A DNA stretch of 57,321 nt from a virus (lineage: Duplodnaviria; Caudoviricetes). How positions within the stretch are numbered: the first letter of the stretch is position 1; every line of letters starts with the position of its first letter. This document shows, piece by piece, positions 33,555-43,400 of this stretch. A program made the position numbers and the translations under genes. The notes beneath the pieces are model-generated. The model was not told where the DNA came from. It made no database searches and saw nothing but the letters and a program-made list of their open reading frames with translations. The stretch is taken from IMG/VR virus record IMGVR_UViG_3300038478_000018, positions 1 to 57,321 of that record; one strand, written 5' to 3'.

Positions 33555-34296
33555 GGCGGCCGTTATGGTCGGCTGGCGAGATGTGCCGCACCTATCTGAA
33601 GAACAGAAGAAATCCATTCTGTCCGGTATCCCGCCGTGGCAACGTCAGGCAAGAACGCTCGGCTTGCCGTCTATAGGTTCAGGGGCAGTTTATCCGCTTG
33701 ACGAAAGCGAAATAGTTATCACACCCTTCGAGATCCCGCACCATTGGGCTAGAGGGTACGGCTTCGATACCGGCTGGAATCGTACCGCGGCTATATTTAT
33801 GGCACGCGACCCCGATTCGGGCGGTTGGGTAGCGTATAAAGAATACTACCGTGGCAAAGTAGACCCGGCCATCCACGTGCGGGGCTTGAAGCAATTGGGC
33901 GCGGATTGGATGACGGGCGTTATAGACCCCGCAAGCCGCGGTCAGCGCGGATTGGCCGGCGAGAAGCTGCTAGATGTGTACCGCGAGATGGGGCTGAACC
34001 TCGAGTTAGCCGATAACGCGGTAGGTGCCGGCATCACAATGGTGTGGGACTGGCTCTCGACGGGGAAGCTTAAGCTTTTCTCCAACCTTTCTAATACGCT
34101 TGCGGAGTTTAGACTCTACCAGCGGGATGAGAAAGGCAACATCGTGAAGACTAATGATCACCTTATGGACGCATTGCGTTACGCCGTGATGAGCCTCATG
34201 ACCGAAGAGCATAATTATCTGAAAACGGCGCCCGCAGGCAGTGCTAGCGGATCGCCTTGGTTTTCTTGGACACCGCCGCCCGTTTGGAGCGGCTGA
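33547..34296 (+). CDS. terL: Terminase large subunit, nuclease part (separate gene)
   Basis: WRDVPHL...GSGAVYP...GFDTGWN...DHLMDALRYA. Confidence 0.9.
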   Translation: MSKAAVMVGWRDVPHLSEEQKKSILSGIPPWQRQARTLGLPSIGSGAVYPLDESEIVITPFEIPHHWARGYGFDTGWNRTAAIFMARDPDSGGWVAYKEYYRGKVDPAIHVRGLKQLGADWMTGVIDPASRGQRGLAGEKLLDVYREMGLNLELADNAVGAGITMVWDWLSTGKLKLFSNLSNTLAEFRLYQRDEKGNIVKTNDHLMDALRYAVMSLMTEEHNYLKTAPAGSASGSPWFSWTPPPVWSG

Positions 34297-34320
34297 AATT
34301 AAATAGGAGTGAGACACTAG

Positions 34321-34794
34321 ATGGCTATTTCATTACGAATTGATCACAAAGAGGGCTTGCGCCTGCGCCAGCAGCAGGCTAAGCAGGTTGAGTACGCTAC
34401 GGGCGATGGCGGCGGCAACGGCGCGGCCATGAAGGGTACGGAGTGGGCCTTTGACGGCGCCGATTGCCAGCAGGACACAGACCCCCGCCGCGTAGACAAT
34501 AAAGGCAAACCGTTACCCTTGGGCACGTACACCGTGCACATAGCAGCGAACCTGCGTAACTTGGTGATTGAGCGCAAGGGTAAGGTAGACACGATTCAGT
34601 TTCGCAACTCGGCGCTGCGCAACCAAATGAAGATTCGCCAGCAGGAATTCATTGATTCGGAGCGGAAAGATAAAACCGGCAAACACATCAAAGAATGGAA
34701 GACTACGAAGCAAGAGTACGTGCCGGCGAACACTTGGACCGGCGTGTACGCAGGTGACGGTATTCGTGCAATCTGTGATGAAGTGCCAACATGA
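34321..34794 (+). CDS. Hypothetical protein
   Basis: AGGAG SD. Confidence 0.65.
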   Translation: MAISLRIDHKEGLRLRQQQAKQVEYATGDGGGNGAAMKGTEWAFDGADCQQDTDPRRVDNKGKPLPLGTYTVHIAANLRNLVIERKGKVDTIQFRNSALRNQMKIRQQEFIDSERKDKTGKHIKEWKTTKQEYVPANTWTGVYAGDGIRAICDEVPT

Positions 34795-34970
34795 AGATGA
34801 GACGGTTCTTTTACGTAACCGCGCCACGCAGCCGCGTGTTACATATACAGTTTGGTGCATCTCATAGTGAAGGGCGTGTTGCCTGTGGCCGCAATAGTAA
34901 GAAAGGCTGGAGCTGGTATAGAGAACGCATAAAGCTAGCCCGCTGCAAGCAGTGCGAGGCCGCCACGTAG
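34791..34970 (+). CDS. 59-aa putative Zn-finger protein
   Basis: Hand translation: LH...ACGR...RCKQC; ATGA coupling, stop abuts portal ATG. Confidence 0.55.
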   Translation: MKMRRFFYVTAPRSRVLHIQFGASHSEGRVACGRNSKKGWSWYRERIKLARCKQCEAAT

Positions 34971-37220
34971 ATGGCTAGTTATCTTCAGAAGGACAACGCG
35001 GAAGACGGCTCACCACGGTACGGTAACCCAAGGGGTTTCCGTGATCCGCAGGACAACTCCGACCTAATCGGGGATGTGCCGGGCTATACAGGCGAGTTCT
35101 CAAACGTTGAAGCCTATGAAGATGTCAACGAGGATGAATCGCTCCTTTCGCGCGTTAGGAAGTTCTACGACGAAGCCATAGGTTCGTTCGAAGAGAATCG
35201 CCGCATGTTCTCCGAGGACCTAAACTTTATCTATAACTCCGAGGCGATGGGACAATGGGACCCCGTTGTGCTGCAAAATCGCAGAGGCAAGCCGTGCTAC
35301 ACATTTAACCGTGTGATCGGTCCCGTGAACATAGTCGTAGCCGACATGCGGCAGACGAAGCCCGCCGGCAAGGTGCGGCCGGCATCTGATGATTCGCAGG
35401 AAGCGATAGCTAATATCTACGAAGGGCTCTGCCGCTCGATCGAGCAGGCATCGCGCGCCGAGCACATCTACAAAGAGCAGTACAAGTACGCGGTAGCCGG
35501 CGGTTTCGGTGCCTGGCGTGTGATCCCGAAGTATATGTCGGACGACGGTGCCCGCGCCTTCGATCAGGTGCTACGCATTGCCAGTATTCCGAACCCGCTG
35601 ACCGTGGTGTGGGACCCGGAATGCGATGACCCCTGCGCGGGCGACGCGAACCGGGCCATAGTTGCAGAGCGTATCTCGGATGATACGTATCGCGCGAACT
35701 ATGGCGGCCAGAAGGGCATGAGCTTTAACTTCTCGCGTGACAGCTACGGCTGGTTCACGGATAAGGAAGTACGAGTAGCCGAGTATTACGAGCGCGTACC
35801 CACAGAGAAGTGGATTGCGCAAATGACGAACGGCGAGGTGCGCGACTATGACGCGAAGCTCAAAGAGTTAGAGAAGCACTTCGAGGACAATGAAATCGAA
35901 CCTTCCGAGGGCGGCGCCGTAGGTGCGGTGCGTATCGCGAAGGACAAGCACGGGAATTTAAAGACCCGCAAAACCATAGCTTGGAAAGTGCTTTGGGTCA
36001 AGTGCGACGGCTCTAACGTGCTGGAAGGCCCGTTCCTCTATAACTGGAAGCGCATCCCGATCGTCCGCTGCCCTGGCCGGTACGTCAATATCGAGGGTCG
36101 TAAAAAGCTACAGTCGCTCGTGCGTCACTCGAAAGACGCGCAGCGCAGCTACAACAGCCGCATGAGCGATATGATCGAGCGCAGCGCGCTTGTGCCAAAG
36201 GCCCCGTACTTAGTTACGGAGACGATGGTCAAGGGCTACGAGAATGAGTGGAACCAGGCGAACGTACAGTCTCGCCCGTATCTGCCGTATAACGTAGATC
36301 CCAAGGCACCAGAAGGCGGGATGCCGTTCCGCACGCCGCCGATTGACTTGCCGCAAGGCGCTATGGCGCTCGCACAGCTCGCGCAGCAGGATATTCAGGC
36401 GACCACGGGATACTTTGACCCGGCGCTCGGCAACTCGGAAGATATGAACCGAGTTTCTGGCAAGGCGCTTGTGCAGCATACGCGCCGCTCGGATCTTGGC
36501 AGCTTTGAATTCGTTGACGGGTTCTCCGCAGCCCTTCAGCTTACGTGGGAGATCATGATAGACATGATCCCGACCGTGTACGATACGGAACGCGTTGAGC
36601 GCATCATCGGGAACGACGGAATAGAGAAGCTCATGAAGCTTAACGCCGCGCACCCGAACGGTAGCGATGTAATGAACGACTTGACCGCCGGCTCATACGA
36701 TTGCACTGTCACGATAGGCCCAAGCTATCAGACCGCGCGTCAGGAAGTTCTGCAGACGCTTATTGATGCAAGCGCTACGATTCCGCAAGTCGCGCAGCTG
36801 TGCCCGGATCTTCTGGTCAAGAATATTGATTCGCCGGATTCTATTGAGATGGCTCGCCGCTTGCGTATACCGTTGATCCAACAGGGCATCGTGCAGCCGA
36901 CGCCAGAGGAAAAGAAAAACACCCCTCCGGCGCCCGCAGACCAGGCTAAGCAGTTGGCGGATCAGCTACTGCACGCGAAGTTGCAGAAGACGGCGGCCGA
37001 CGCGCAGATAGCAACCTCCAAGGCTAGCGCGAGCCATTTGGAAGGGCTGCGCTTGATGTATGAGACGGCAGGGAAACACCTCGCCAATCAAAAAATGGCC
37101 CAAGATATGCATAACGACGCACTAGCCGCGCAGGCGGAGGCCGCAGCGGCGGGCGCTGAAGTAGCGCCCCCGCAACCGGGCCAACAGAACGCGCCGCAGC
37201 CTCAACCCGCTGCAGCTTGA
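34971..37220 (+). CDS. Portal protein (P22 gp1-like)
   Basis: GQWDP...GKPCYTFN, GGFGAWRV, SGKAL, YDTER, G.YD.TV.IGPSY.T.RQE. Confidence 0.93.
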   Translation: MASYLQKDNAEDGSPRYGNPRGFRDPQDNSDLIGDVPGYTGEFSNVEAYEDVNEDESLLSRVRKFYDEAIGSFEENRRMFSEDLNFIYNSEAMGQWDPVVLQNRRGKPCYTFNRVIGPVNIVVADMRQTKPAGKVRPASDDSQEAIANIYEGLCRSIEQASRAEHIYKEQYKYAVAGGFGAWRVIPKYMSDDGARAFDQVLRIASIPNPLTVVWDPECDDPCAGDANRAIVAERISDDTYRANYGGQKGMSFNFSRDSYGWFTDKEVRVAEYYERVPTEKWIAQMTNGEVRDYDAKLKELEKHFEDNEIEPSEGGAVGAVRIAKDKHGNLKTRKTIAWKVLWVKCDGSNVLEGPFLYNWKRIPIVRCPGRYVNIEGRKKLQSLVRHSKDAQRSYNSRMSDMIERSALVPKAPYLVTETMVKGYENEWNQANVQSRPYLPYNVDPKAPEGGMPFRTPPIDLPQGAMALAQLAQQDIQATTGYFDPALGNSEDMNRVSGKALVQHTRRSDLGSFEFVDGFSAALQLTWEIMIDMIPTVYDTERVERIIGNDGIEKLMKLNAAHPNGSDVMNDLTAGSYDCTVTIGPSYQTARQEVLQTLIDASATIPQVAQLCPDLLVKNIDSPDSIEMARRLRIPLIQQGIVQPTPEEKKNTPPAPADQAKQLADQLLHAKLQKTAADAQIATSKASASHLEGLRLMYETAGKHLANQKMAQDMHNDALAAQAEAAAAGAEVAPPQPGQQNAPQPQPAAA

Positions 37221-37246
37221 TGACGAATCTTTAAGGAGCTAAACGA

Positions 37247-37762
37247 ATGACTGAGTTTTTTCCCAACCCCGCCGCGGGCGTACCGTTCCCTCAAGTGGCT
37301 CCCTTGGTGCCGCCGAACGGCCAGGGCATATCGCCCTTCCTGACGATTCTGCAAGCGATGGCTACCGGCCAGCTGCCTGCGCAGACGATTGTATATAATT
37401 CGGGTCCGCAAGGCAACTCGATTATGCAGTTGCTGAGCGATGGCGTACTTAGCGCCTCTGCTCTGACTTCTACCCTCCAGTTTGCGCCGACCTACACGAT
37501 TACGAACGTGAGTCAGGCATCGTCCGCGGTTGTCACTATTAGTTCGACCGCCGCAGCGAACCCGATGACGGTTGGTCAAACGGCGTACTTCTCGGGTGTT
37601 GTCGGCATGACGCAGATCAATAACCAGTATGGCACGATTACCGCTACGGGCGGCTCCTCGGGCGCATGGACTGCGACGGTCAACATTGCGTCTACGAGCT
37701 ATACCGCCTACTCGAGCGGCGGCACGCTGCAAGTTGGCGAGACGACCTACGCCGGTAATTAA
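37247..37762 (+). CDS. Virion accessory protein with FCCH-like beta-barrel
   Basis: ITNVSQASSAVVT...SGVVGMTQIN...YTAYSSGG. Confidence 0.65.
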   Translation: MTEFFPNPAAGVPFPQVAPLVPPNGQGISPFLTILQAMATGQLPAQTIVYNSGPQGNSIMQLLSDGVLSASALTSTLQFAPTYTITNVSQASSAVVTISSTAAANPMTVGQTAYFSGVVGMTQINNQYGTITATGGSSGAWTATVNIASTSYTAYSSGGTLQVGETTYAGN

Positions 37763-37833
37763 TAATTCTTTTCAACAATCCCGTTGGTGAGATCGCGCCG
37801 CAGCCGCGTTAACGCTGTGTAATGGAGATTGTA

Positions 37834-38988
37834 ATGGCATTTACTCGTGAAGAGATGGCCGCTTATGAACAGCAGCCGCAGACTCAAGTACCAGACCCAG
37901 TTATCGCCAAGCCTGCCGCGTTAGAGCAGGAAACCTCGCAGGAAGCCCCTGCAGCAGAGGCGGAATCGTCAGCCGCCGATGTATCGGACCAGACCGACTC
38001 TGGAGACGTGACTTCGGACGAAGAGGCGGCACCGTCCACCGCAAGCGCTACCGACGATGAATCAGAAGCTGGCGAAACGGAGGGCGAAGAGACCGACGAG
38101 GTTGAAGCGCACGCCGAAGGTGAAGAGAGCACCGACCAGCCGACGAAGCCCATCAGTCGCGCGTCTAAACGCATACAGGAACTTAACTCCAAGATGTTGG
38201 AGGCGAGTGACCTAGCGGAAGGCTACAAGGAATTCGGAAAACTCACGCAGGAACAGTTGAAGGCTGCGCGTGAGGAACTTGCAGAGTTGAGGGCTAAACT
38301 GAAGCCCGCAACCCCTGCGGCCGAACCTTCACCCGCGGTAGCCGATAAGTTAGGGCCAATGCCCAAGCTTACTGATCCAGACGTGAATTTCGATCCCGAC
38401 ATTCTAGCCGCAAAAACGGAAGAATGGACGGACAAGAAAGTCAAGCTCACGGTAGCCGAGGCGATCAAGCAGAGTCAACCAGACCCTGTAAAGATTGCCG
38501 CGCAAAAGGCTGTCGAATCTTTTACGTCCAAAATTGAAGACTTTAAGAAAAATACTCCTGATTGGGACGCGAAAGTAAAGAACCCTGAATTGCCCTCGTT
38601 GCATGATGTGACGAAGGCGGTCATCGTGAGATCGGGCGAACCTGCCATACTCTATTTCTTGGGTTCGAACATCGGAGAGGCGAAACGCATCGCCGCTCTG
38701 CCGGCCGAAGAACAAGTCCTAGAGATTGGCATGATCAAAGCCCGCCTGGAAACGCAAGCCGGCGCTAAGCCAGTCACTCCGAAGACTCCTGTGACGGGTG
38801 CGAAACCCGTCGCCAAGAAGTCCGTCTCTCAAGCACCCCCGCCCCCTACTCCTGTACCCGCCGGCAAGCGCTCGCAGGACCGCGATATGACCGACCCTAC
38901 CATGGACATGGAAGCATTCGCCAGGAAGCACCGGGAGGGGAAAAACAACGCGCGTTTAGCAGCACGCAAAATGCGCGGTCTGAACTAA
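37834..38988 (+). CDS. Scaffolding protein
   Basis: Acidic N-terminus, coiled coil, ILYFLG.N..EA.RIA, between portal and coat. Confidence 0.85.
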   Translation: MAFTREEMAAYEQQPQTQVPDPVIAKPAALEQETSQEAPAAEAESSAADVSDQTDSGDVTSDEEAAPSTASATDDESEAGETEGEETDEVEAHAEGEESTDQPTKPISRASKRIQELNSKMLEASDLAEGYKEFGKLTQEQLKAAREELAELRAKLKPATPAAEPSPAVADKLGPMPKLTDPDVNFDPDILAAKTEEWTDKKVKLTVAEAIKQSQPDPVKIAAQKAVESFTSKIEDFKKNTPDWDAKVKNPELPSLHDVTKAVIVRSGEPAILYFLGSNIGEAKRIAALPAEEQVLEIGMIKARLETQAGAKPVTPKTPVTGAKPVAKKSVSQAPPPPTPVPAGKRSQDRDMTDPTMDMEAFARKHREGKNNARLAARKMRGLN

Positions 38989-39006
38989 CTCCGAAAGGCT
39001 TAAGCA

Positions 39007-40281
39007 ATGGCTAACTCCCTGATTACGGCTCAATGGGTCGCGCGAAAGGCGCTCGTCCTGTTGCACGCCAAGTCAAACTTCACGGGTCGCACGAACCGTG
39101 ATTATCAGAGCCTGCTCCCTGGACCCATTAATGGCGTGATCCTCGGTCAGCAGCTCTCTATCCGTCTCCCCTTCCAGTACACTCTGCGTACCGGAGCGGC
39201 GATGAATGCCCAGAACAGCGTACAGCGTTTTGCGACGTTGAACGTTAACCAGCAAGTTGGTGTCGACATCAACTTCACCTCCGTTGAGCGCGCGATGCTC
39301 TTGAATAACTTCGAAGAGCAAGTCCTCGAGCCCGCAATGGCCCGCATGGCATCCGGTATCGAGAACATCTCGACCGCGGTTGTCAACAGCGTGCCCAAGT
39401 TCGTGGGTGCTTATAACACGACTGCCACCTATCAGCAACTGCTCCTGAACGAGCGGTTCCTGACTGAGACCCTGGCGCCGGAAGATGATCGCCGCACGTT
39501 CACTGCGACCCCGCAGGCGAACATGTACTTCGTCAACGACAACAAGGGCCTCTTTAACCCTGAGTCGACGATCTCTGACCAGTGGTTGGAAGGTGTTATT
39601 TCTGATAAGGCCGCGGGCTTCGTATGCTTCCGTAACACGAAGCTTCCGACCCACACCATCGGCACCGTGACCGGCTCGACCCCGGTTGTGAACGGCGCGG
39701 GACAGAGCAACTCGGGCGTCGGTAACGCCTTTGTTGCAACGTTCACGCTGAACACCAACGGTTGGGGTTCGGGAACCACGACTCTTAACGCGGGCGATGT
39801 CATTTCGATCGCGAACGTTAACGATGTCGATCCCGAGACTAAGGCTTCCCTGGGCCGCTTGAAGCAATTCGTTGTGACCGCGACCATTAGCGACACCACG
39901 GGCGCGATAGCGATCCCGATTGCCCCCGGCATCATTACGGGCGGCGCTTATCAGAACGTGGATTCCGTGCCGGCTACGGGCGCTGCCATCTACGTGTTCG
40001 GTCAGACGGGAACGGCGCCTATTGCCGCGACCTCCGGCCTCCTGATCAAGCAGTCGCTTGGCTGGTACCGTGACGCGGTTGTGTTTGCTAACCCGCCGAT
40101 GCTCGACCTCTCACCGCTCGTGAAAATGACGGCCGCGGAGAGCTTCGAGGGTTATAACATCCGCTTCGCGCAGCAATGGGACCCGTCTAACGACGTGCTC
40201 CCGGCGCGTCTCGATTCGATTGTCGGCGTTGTCTTGGCTTACCCCGAGCTTGCCGTCCGTTTGATCGAAACCCCGGCCTAA
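39007..40281 (+). CDS. Major capsid protein (P22 gp5-like)
   Basis: MANSLIT..WVARKAL, RLP, EPAMARMA, RLD...G....PELA. Confidence 0.93.
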   Translation: MANSLITAQWVARKALVLLHAKSNFTGRTNRDYQSLLPGPINGVILGQQLSIRLPFQYTLRTGAAMNAQNSVQRFATLNVNQQVGVDINFTSVERAMLLNNFEEQVLEPAMARMASGIENISTAVVNSVPKFVGAYNTTATYQQLLLNERFLTETLAPEDDRRTFTATPQANMYFVNDNKGLFNPESTISDQWLEGVISDKAAGFVCFRNTKLPTHTIGTVTGSTPVVNGAGQSNSGVGNAFVATFTLNTNGWGSGTTTLNAGDVISIANVNDVDPETKASLGRLKQFVVTATISDTTGAIAIPIAPGIITGGAYQNVDSVPATGAAIYVFGQTGTAPIAATSGLLIKQSLGWYRDAVVFANPPMLDLSPLVKMTAAESFEGYNIRFAQQWDPSNDVLPARLDSIVGVVLAYPELAVRLIETPA

Positions 40282-40286
40282 GCCGA

Positions 40287-40320
40287 ATAGGGGCGGGGCT
40301 GATGCCCACCCCTATCTTTA
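40287..40320 (+). terminator. Possible weak terminator after the coat gene
   Basis: ATAGGGG...CCCCTAT imperfect stem followed by CTTT. Confidence 0.4.
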
Positions 40321-40338
40321 ACGAAAGGAATTATCTTA

Positions 40339-40752
40339 ATGGCTAACGTTCAACAGGGCTATGGTCACAGCGATGTCTGTGCAGAGCCTTTTGACTTCTA
40401 TGTGCCGCTGACCGGGTTCTCTATCACGATGCAGACCGCTAAGCTCGTGTTGAATCCGGCGGGCACGCTTGCCACGGGGACGGTGACGCTGCCGCTGAAC
40501 CCTCCCGATGGCGCGGTGGCTGAGATCAGCTCAACGCAGATTATCTCTGCGCTGACCGTGAGCGCGAATACCGGCGATCTTATCGTCAACGGTGTCCTCG
40601 CTGCGGTGACCGCTCTCACCCCGGCCGCCTCTGCTACGGCGGGCAGTGCATCTGCAACCATCAAGTACAAGTACGCGCTGTTTGGCGCGACTCCGTACAC
40701 TGTTTCCACGGGCACGGGTGCAAATCCGCGCACTTGGATTAGGGTGCAGTAA
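40339..40752 (+). CDS. Capsid decoration-like protein
   Basis: LNPAGTLATGTVTLPLNPPDG; follows coat. Confidence 0.65.
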   Translation: MANVQQGYGHSDVCAEPFDFYVPLTGFSITMQTAKLVLNPAGTLATGTVTLPLNPPDGAVAEISSTQIISALTVSANTGDLIVNGVLAAVTALTPAASATAGSASATIKYKYALFGATPYTVSTGTGANPRTWIRVQ

Positions 40753-40861
40753 TAGGGTTCGCCCGCTGCCCTCACCCGGCGGGCACAAAGGCGGAACGTC
40801 CCGCTACAATGCAGACGTGACAGGGAGCCGAGAGAGACTCCACTTATTTTAAGGGGTAGGC

Positions 40862-41287
40862 ATGTCCAGCACCATTCAGGCAATAATCACCGAAGCTTTT
40901 CAAACGATCGGCGTTGTTGCTGATGGCCGCTCGCCTACCGCCACGCAGTCACAGGTCGCATTGACCGTGATGAACGACCGCATCATGTCCCAACAGCGCG
41001 ACGGATGGCGGCTCGGCTGGTTCCCACAGACGAACGTTGCGGCTACAGCCCCGTTGCGCGATGAGGATATTGGCGAGGTGAAGCTGTGCCTAGCGGCATG
41101 GCTCGCGCCTAAGTACGGCGTGACTATTGATCCGGTGAAGGACCCGACTGACCCGTCCGAACTTGGGAACCAGATCAAGGATGCGTTCCGTATGCTTACG
41201 AAGCGCAGTATCTTGTTCACGGAAAGCGACCTTGGTGAGCTGTCTCGTCCGCAGGGCGGGCCCTGGGGTGGGCCCAACTGGCTGTAA
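40862..41287 (+). CDS. Head-to-tail adaptor (P22 gp4-like)
   Basis: IITEAFQTIGV...LAAWLAPKYG. Confidence 0.8.
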   Translation: MSSTIQAIITEAFQTIGVVADGRSPTATQSQVALTVMNDRIMSQQRDGWRLGWFPQTNVAATAPLRDEDIGEVKLCLAAWLAPKYGVTIDPVKDPTDPSELGNQIKDAFRMLTKRSILFTESDLGELSRPQGGPWGGPNWL

Positions 41288-41328
41288 TAAAATCAGTAAC
41301 TTACATTCTTTAGCGTTGACATTACGAC

Positions 41329-41892
41329 GTGGAAACAAATAAACTTCGGGCGTCAGAGTGGGCAGTACGACCAGTACCCATAACAATAGCGCGGCGTCTC
41401 GTTGAAACGCACCACTACGCCAAAGGCGCGGCGAACACCGCAACGTATTTGCATGGCCTCTACAGTACACTAAGCGATGAAGTATGTCTTGGGGTAGCGT
41501 GGTGGATACCGCCAACTAAAGGCGCGGCGCAGGCGACATATCCAGAGCGTTGGACAGGTGTCTTGAGTTTAAGTCGTCTAGTGATAGCGCCCGGGGTACC
41601 GAAGAACGCGTGTACATTCTTGCTAGCGCGCTCGCGCAAGTTGATAGACCCCATGAAATGGCCGTGTCTCGTAACATACGCGGATGACTGGCAGGGGCAT
41701 ACGGGCGGCATCTACCGCGCTGACAATTGGGTGTATGTCGGTAAAACAAAACCGGAGCGCACATATAGAATCGAGGGCAGAATGGTTTCCCGAAAAGCCG
41801 GCGGCAAGACCAGAACGCATGCTGAGATGTTGGCGCTAGGCGCCGAACTTGTAGGCTCGTTCGCGAAGCATAACTACACCATGCTACGATAG
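41329..41892 (+). CDS. mom: Mom-family DNA modification enzyme (GNAT fold)
   Basis: HHY...LSRLVI...KNACTFLL...TYAD..QGHTGGIYRADNW.Y.G. Confidence 0.85.
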   Translation: METNKLRASEWAVRPVPITIARRLVETHHYAKGAANTATYLHGLYSTLSDEVCLGVAWWIPPTKGAAQATYPERWTGVLSLSRLVIAPGVPKNACTFLLARSRKLIDPMKWPCLVTYADDWQGHTGGIYRADNWVYVGKTKPERTYRIEGRMVSRKAGGKTRTHAEMLALGAELVGSFAKHNYTMLR

Positions 41893-43400
41893 TGGCAACT
41901 ACAGTCCCGATTCCGTTAGGTAGCTACACGGACCTAGACCCGCGCGCAAGCTCCAAGCAGCTCATCGGATGCTTCAGCGAAGCCCTGGATTCAGACTCGC
42001 CAGCAGATACTAAGAATGCCACTAACACGGCCCCGATGACCCTGCGGCGTATGCCCGGCATGACACAGTTGCCGGGATTCGGCGATGGTACCGGCAACCC
42101 CGTGCGGGGTATGTGGGAAATGGCCGGCGTGCAATACGTCGTGATTGGACCCACCCTCTACTCCGCAACGATCGATGCGGCAAATAATGTTACCCTTACC
42201 GTCATAGTATCAGATACGATAGCCGGCGGCTCGCGCTTCGTGCGTATGACCGATAACGGCGCGTGCATGGTTATCTTGGTTCCCGGCACCCCGATTGCGT
42301 ACACGTACACCACGTCCGGGTCGTTTGCCCCGCTCACGAGCACCTTCTTTACCGCATTAGGTGCAATTGATTGCTGGTTCATCGACTCGTACATAGTGTT
42401 CCTCGCTATCAACGGCACGACGTTCTTTAACGATGACGGGCGCCAGGTATCGGGCGGCGGACAGATTACATTCACGACAGCGGCTTCGTTCACGCGGGAA
42501 TTCGGCACCGACCTCTTCGTAGGCGGTATCGTAGATCACCGCGAAGTGGTACTCTTCGGCTCACGGACGACGGAAGGCTACATCAACGCGGGCAACCCCA
42601 CAGGATCTCCGTTCTCGAGCGCACCGGATAGCTTCATGCAGATAGGTGCGCACCCTTTGTGCGCCTACGCCGTGGTAGAGCAAGATCAGTCGGTGTTCTG
42701 GGTGGCGAACGATAAGACCGTGCGTCGACGTAATGGCCAGACCCCGACGATTGTTTCTAACTCGGGCGTTGAGCAGATTCTCAATACCATTAACCTGACA
42801 GGCAGTTATGCGCTATTCCCGACTGTTTACGGCCATCTGCTCTATGTGCTCACGTGCCCGAACGCGAACGGTCCCGGCGCCGGCCGTACCCTCGTGTATA
42901 ATTGCCGAACCCAAAAATGGTTCGAACTTGAGTCTTACGATCTGGAGAACTCCGTTAACGCCTGGCGGCCGTTATGTTACTACAATGGTTTCGGGTACCA
43001 ACTCGTGGGTGACACTTATTCCGACGCTGTAGGCATACTTAATGAGAACGCCTTCACGGAATTCGCCAACACGCAAATCTGTGAGTTCGTAACGCAATCT
43101 ATCTACGACGGCCATAATCGCATACAGCATCGCCGCCTAGAGATCATCTGCACAGCGGGCGGCGCAACTACGCAGACCGCGGTGCCGCTTATCGACATCT
43201 TCGAATCGGACGATAGCGGCAGGACGTTTGTCCAATGCTGGGATGTGCAGAACCTGGGCGGTCAAGGACAATACGATGCGCGCGCCGTGGTGTTTAACTT
43301 GGGGCAAAGCCGCGATCGCGTATACAAAATCCGAGTAACGGACCCGACGCCTGTGTTTACCGTGGACATCCAGGCGGAACTTCAAGGGGGTAAATGGTGA
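41892..43400 (+). CDS. Tail hub / DNA stabilisation protein (P22 gp10-like)
   Basis: PVRGM, DNG, SDDSGRTF...G..GQY..R.V..LGQSRDRV.KIRVTDP. Confidence 0.9.
   Translation: MATTVPIPLGSYTDLDPRASSKQLIGCFSEALDSDSPADTKNATNTAPMTLRRMPGMTQLPGFGDGTGNPVRGMWEMAGVQYVVIGPTLYSATIDAANNVTLTVIVSDTIAGGSRFVRMTDNGACMVILVPGTPIAYTYTTSGSFAPLTSTFFTALGAIDCWFIDSYIVFLAINGTTFFNDDGRQVSGGGQITFTTAASFTREFGTDLFVGGIVDHREVVLFGSRTTEGYINAGNPTGSPFSSAPDSFMQIGAHPLCAYAVVEQDQSVFWVANDKTVRRRNGQTPTIVSNSGVEQILNTINLTGSYALFPTVYGHLLYVLTCPNANGPGAGRTLVYNCRTQKWFELESYDLENSVNAWRPLCYYNGFGYQLVGDTYSDAVGILNENAFTEFANTQICEFVTQSIYDGHNRIQHRRLEIICTAGGATTQTAVPLIDIFESDDSGRTFVQCWDVQNLGGQGQYDARAVVFNLGQSRDRVYKIRVTDPTPVFTVDIQAELQGGKW

Noticed and set aside
39073-39935. 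Long antisense ORFs in the coat gene (also 46476-47177 and 50426-51067)
   Set aside because: No recognisable motifs or expression signals; typical GC-rich or Gly/Ala shadows, unlike the intein HNH ORF
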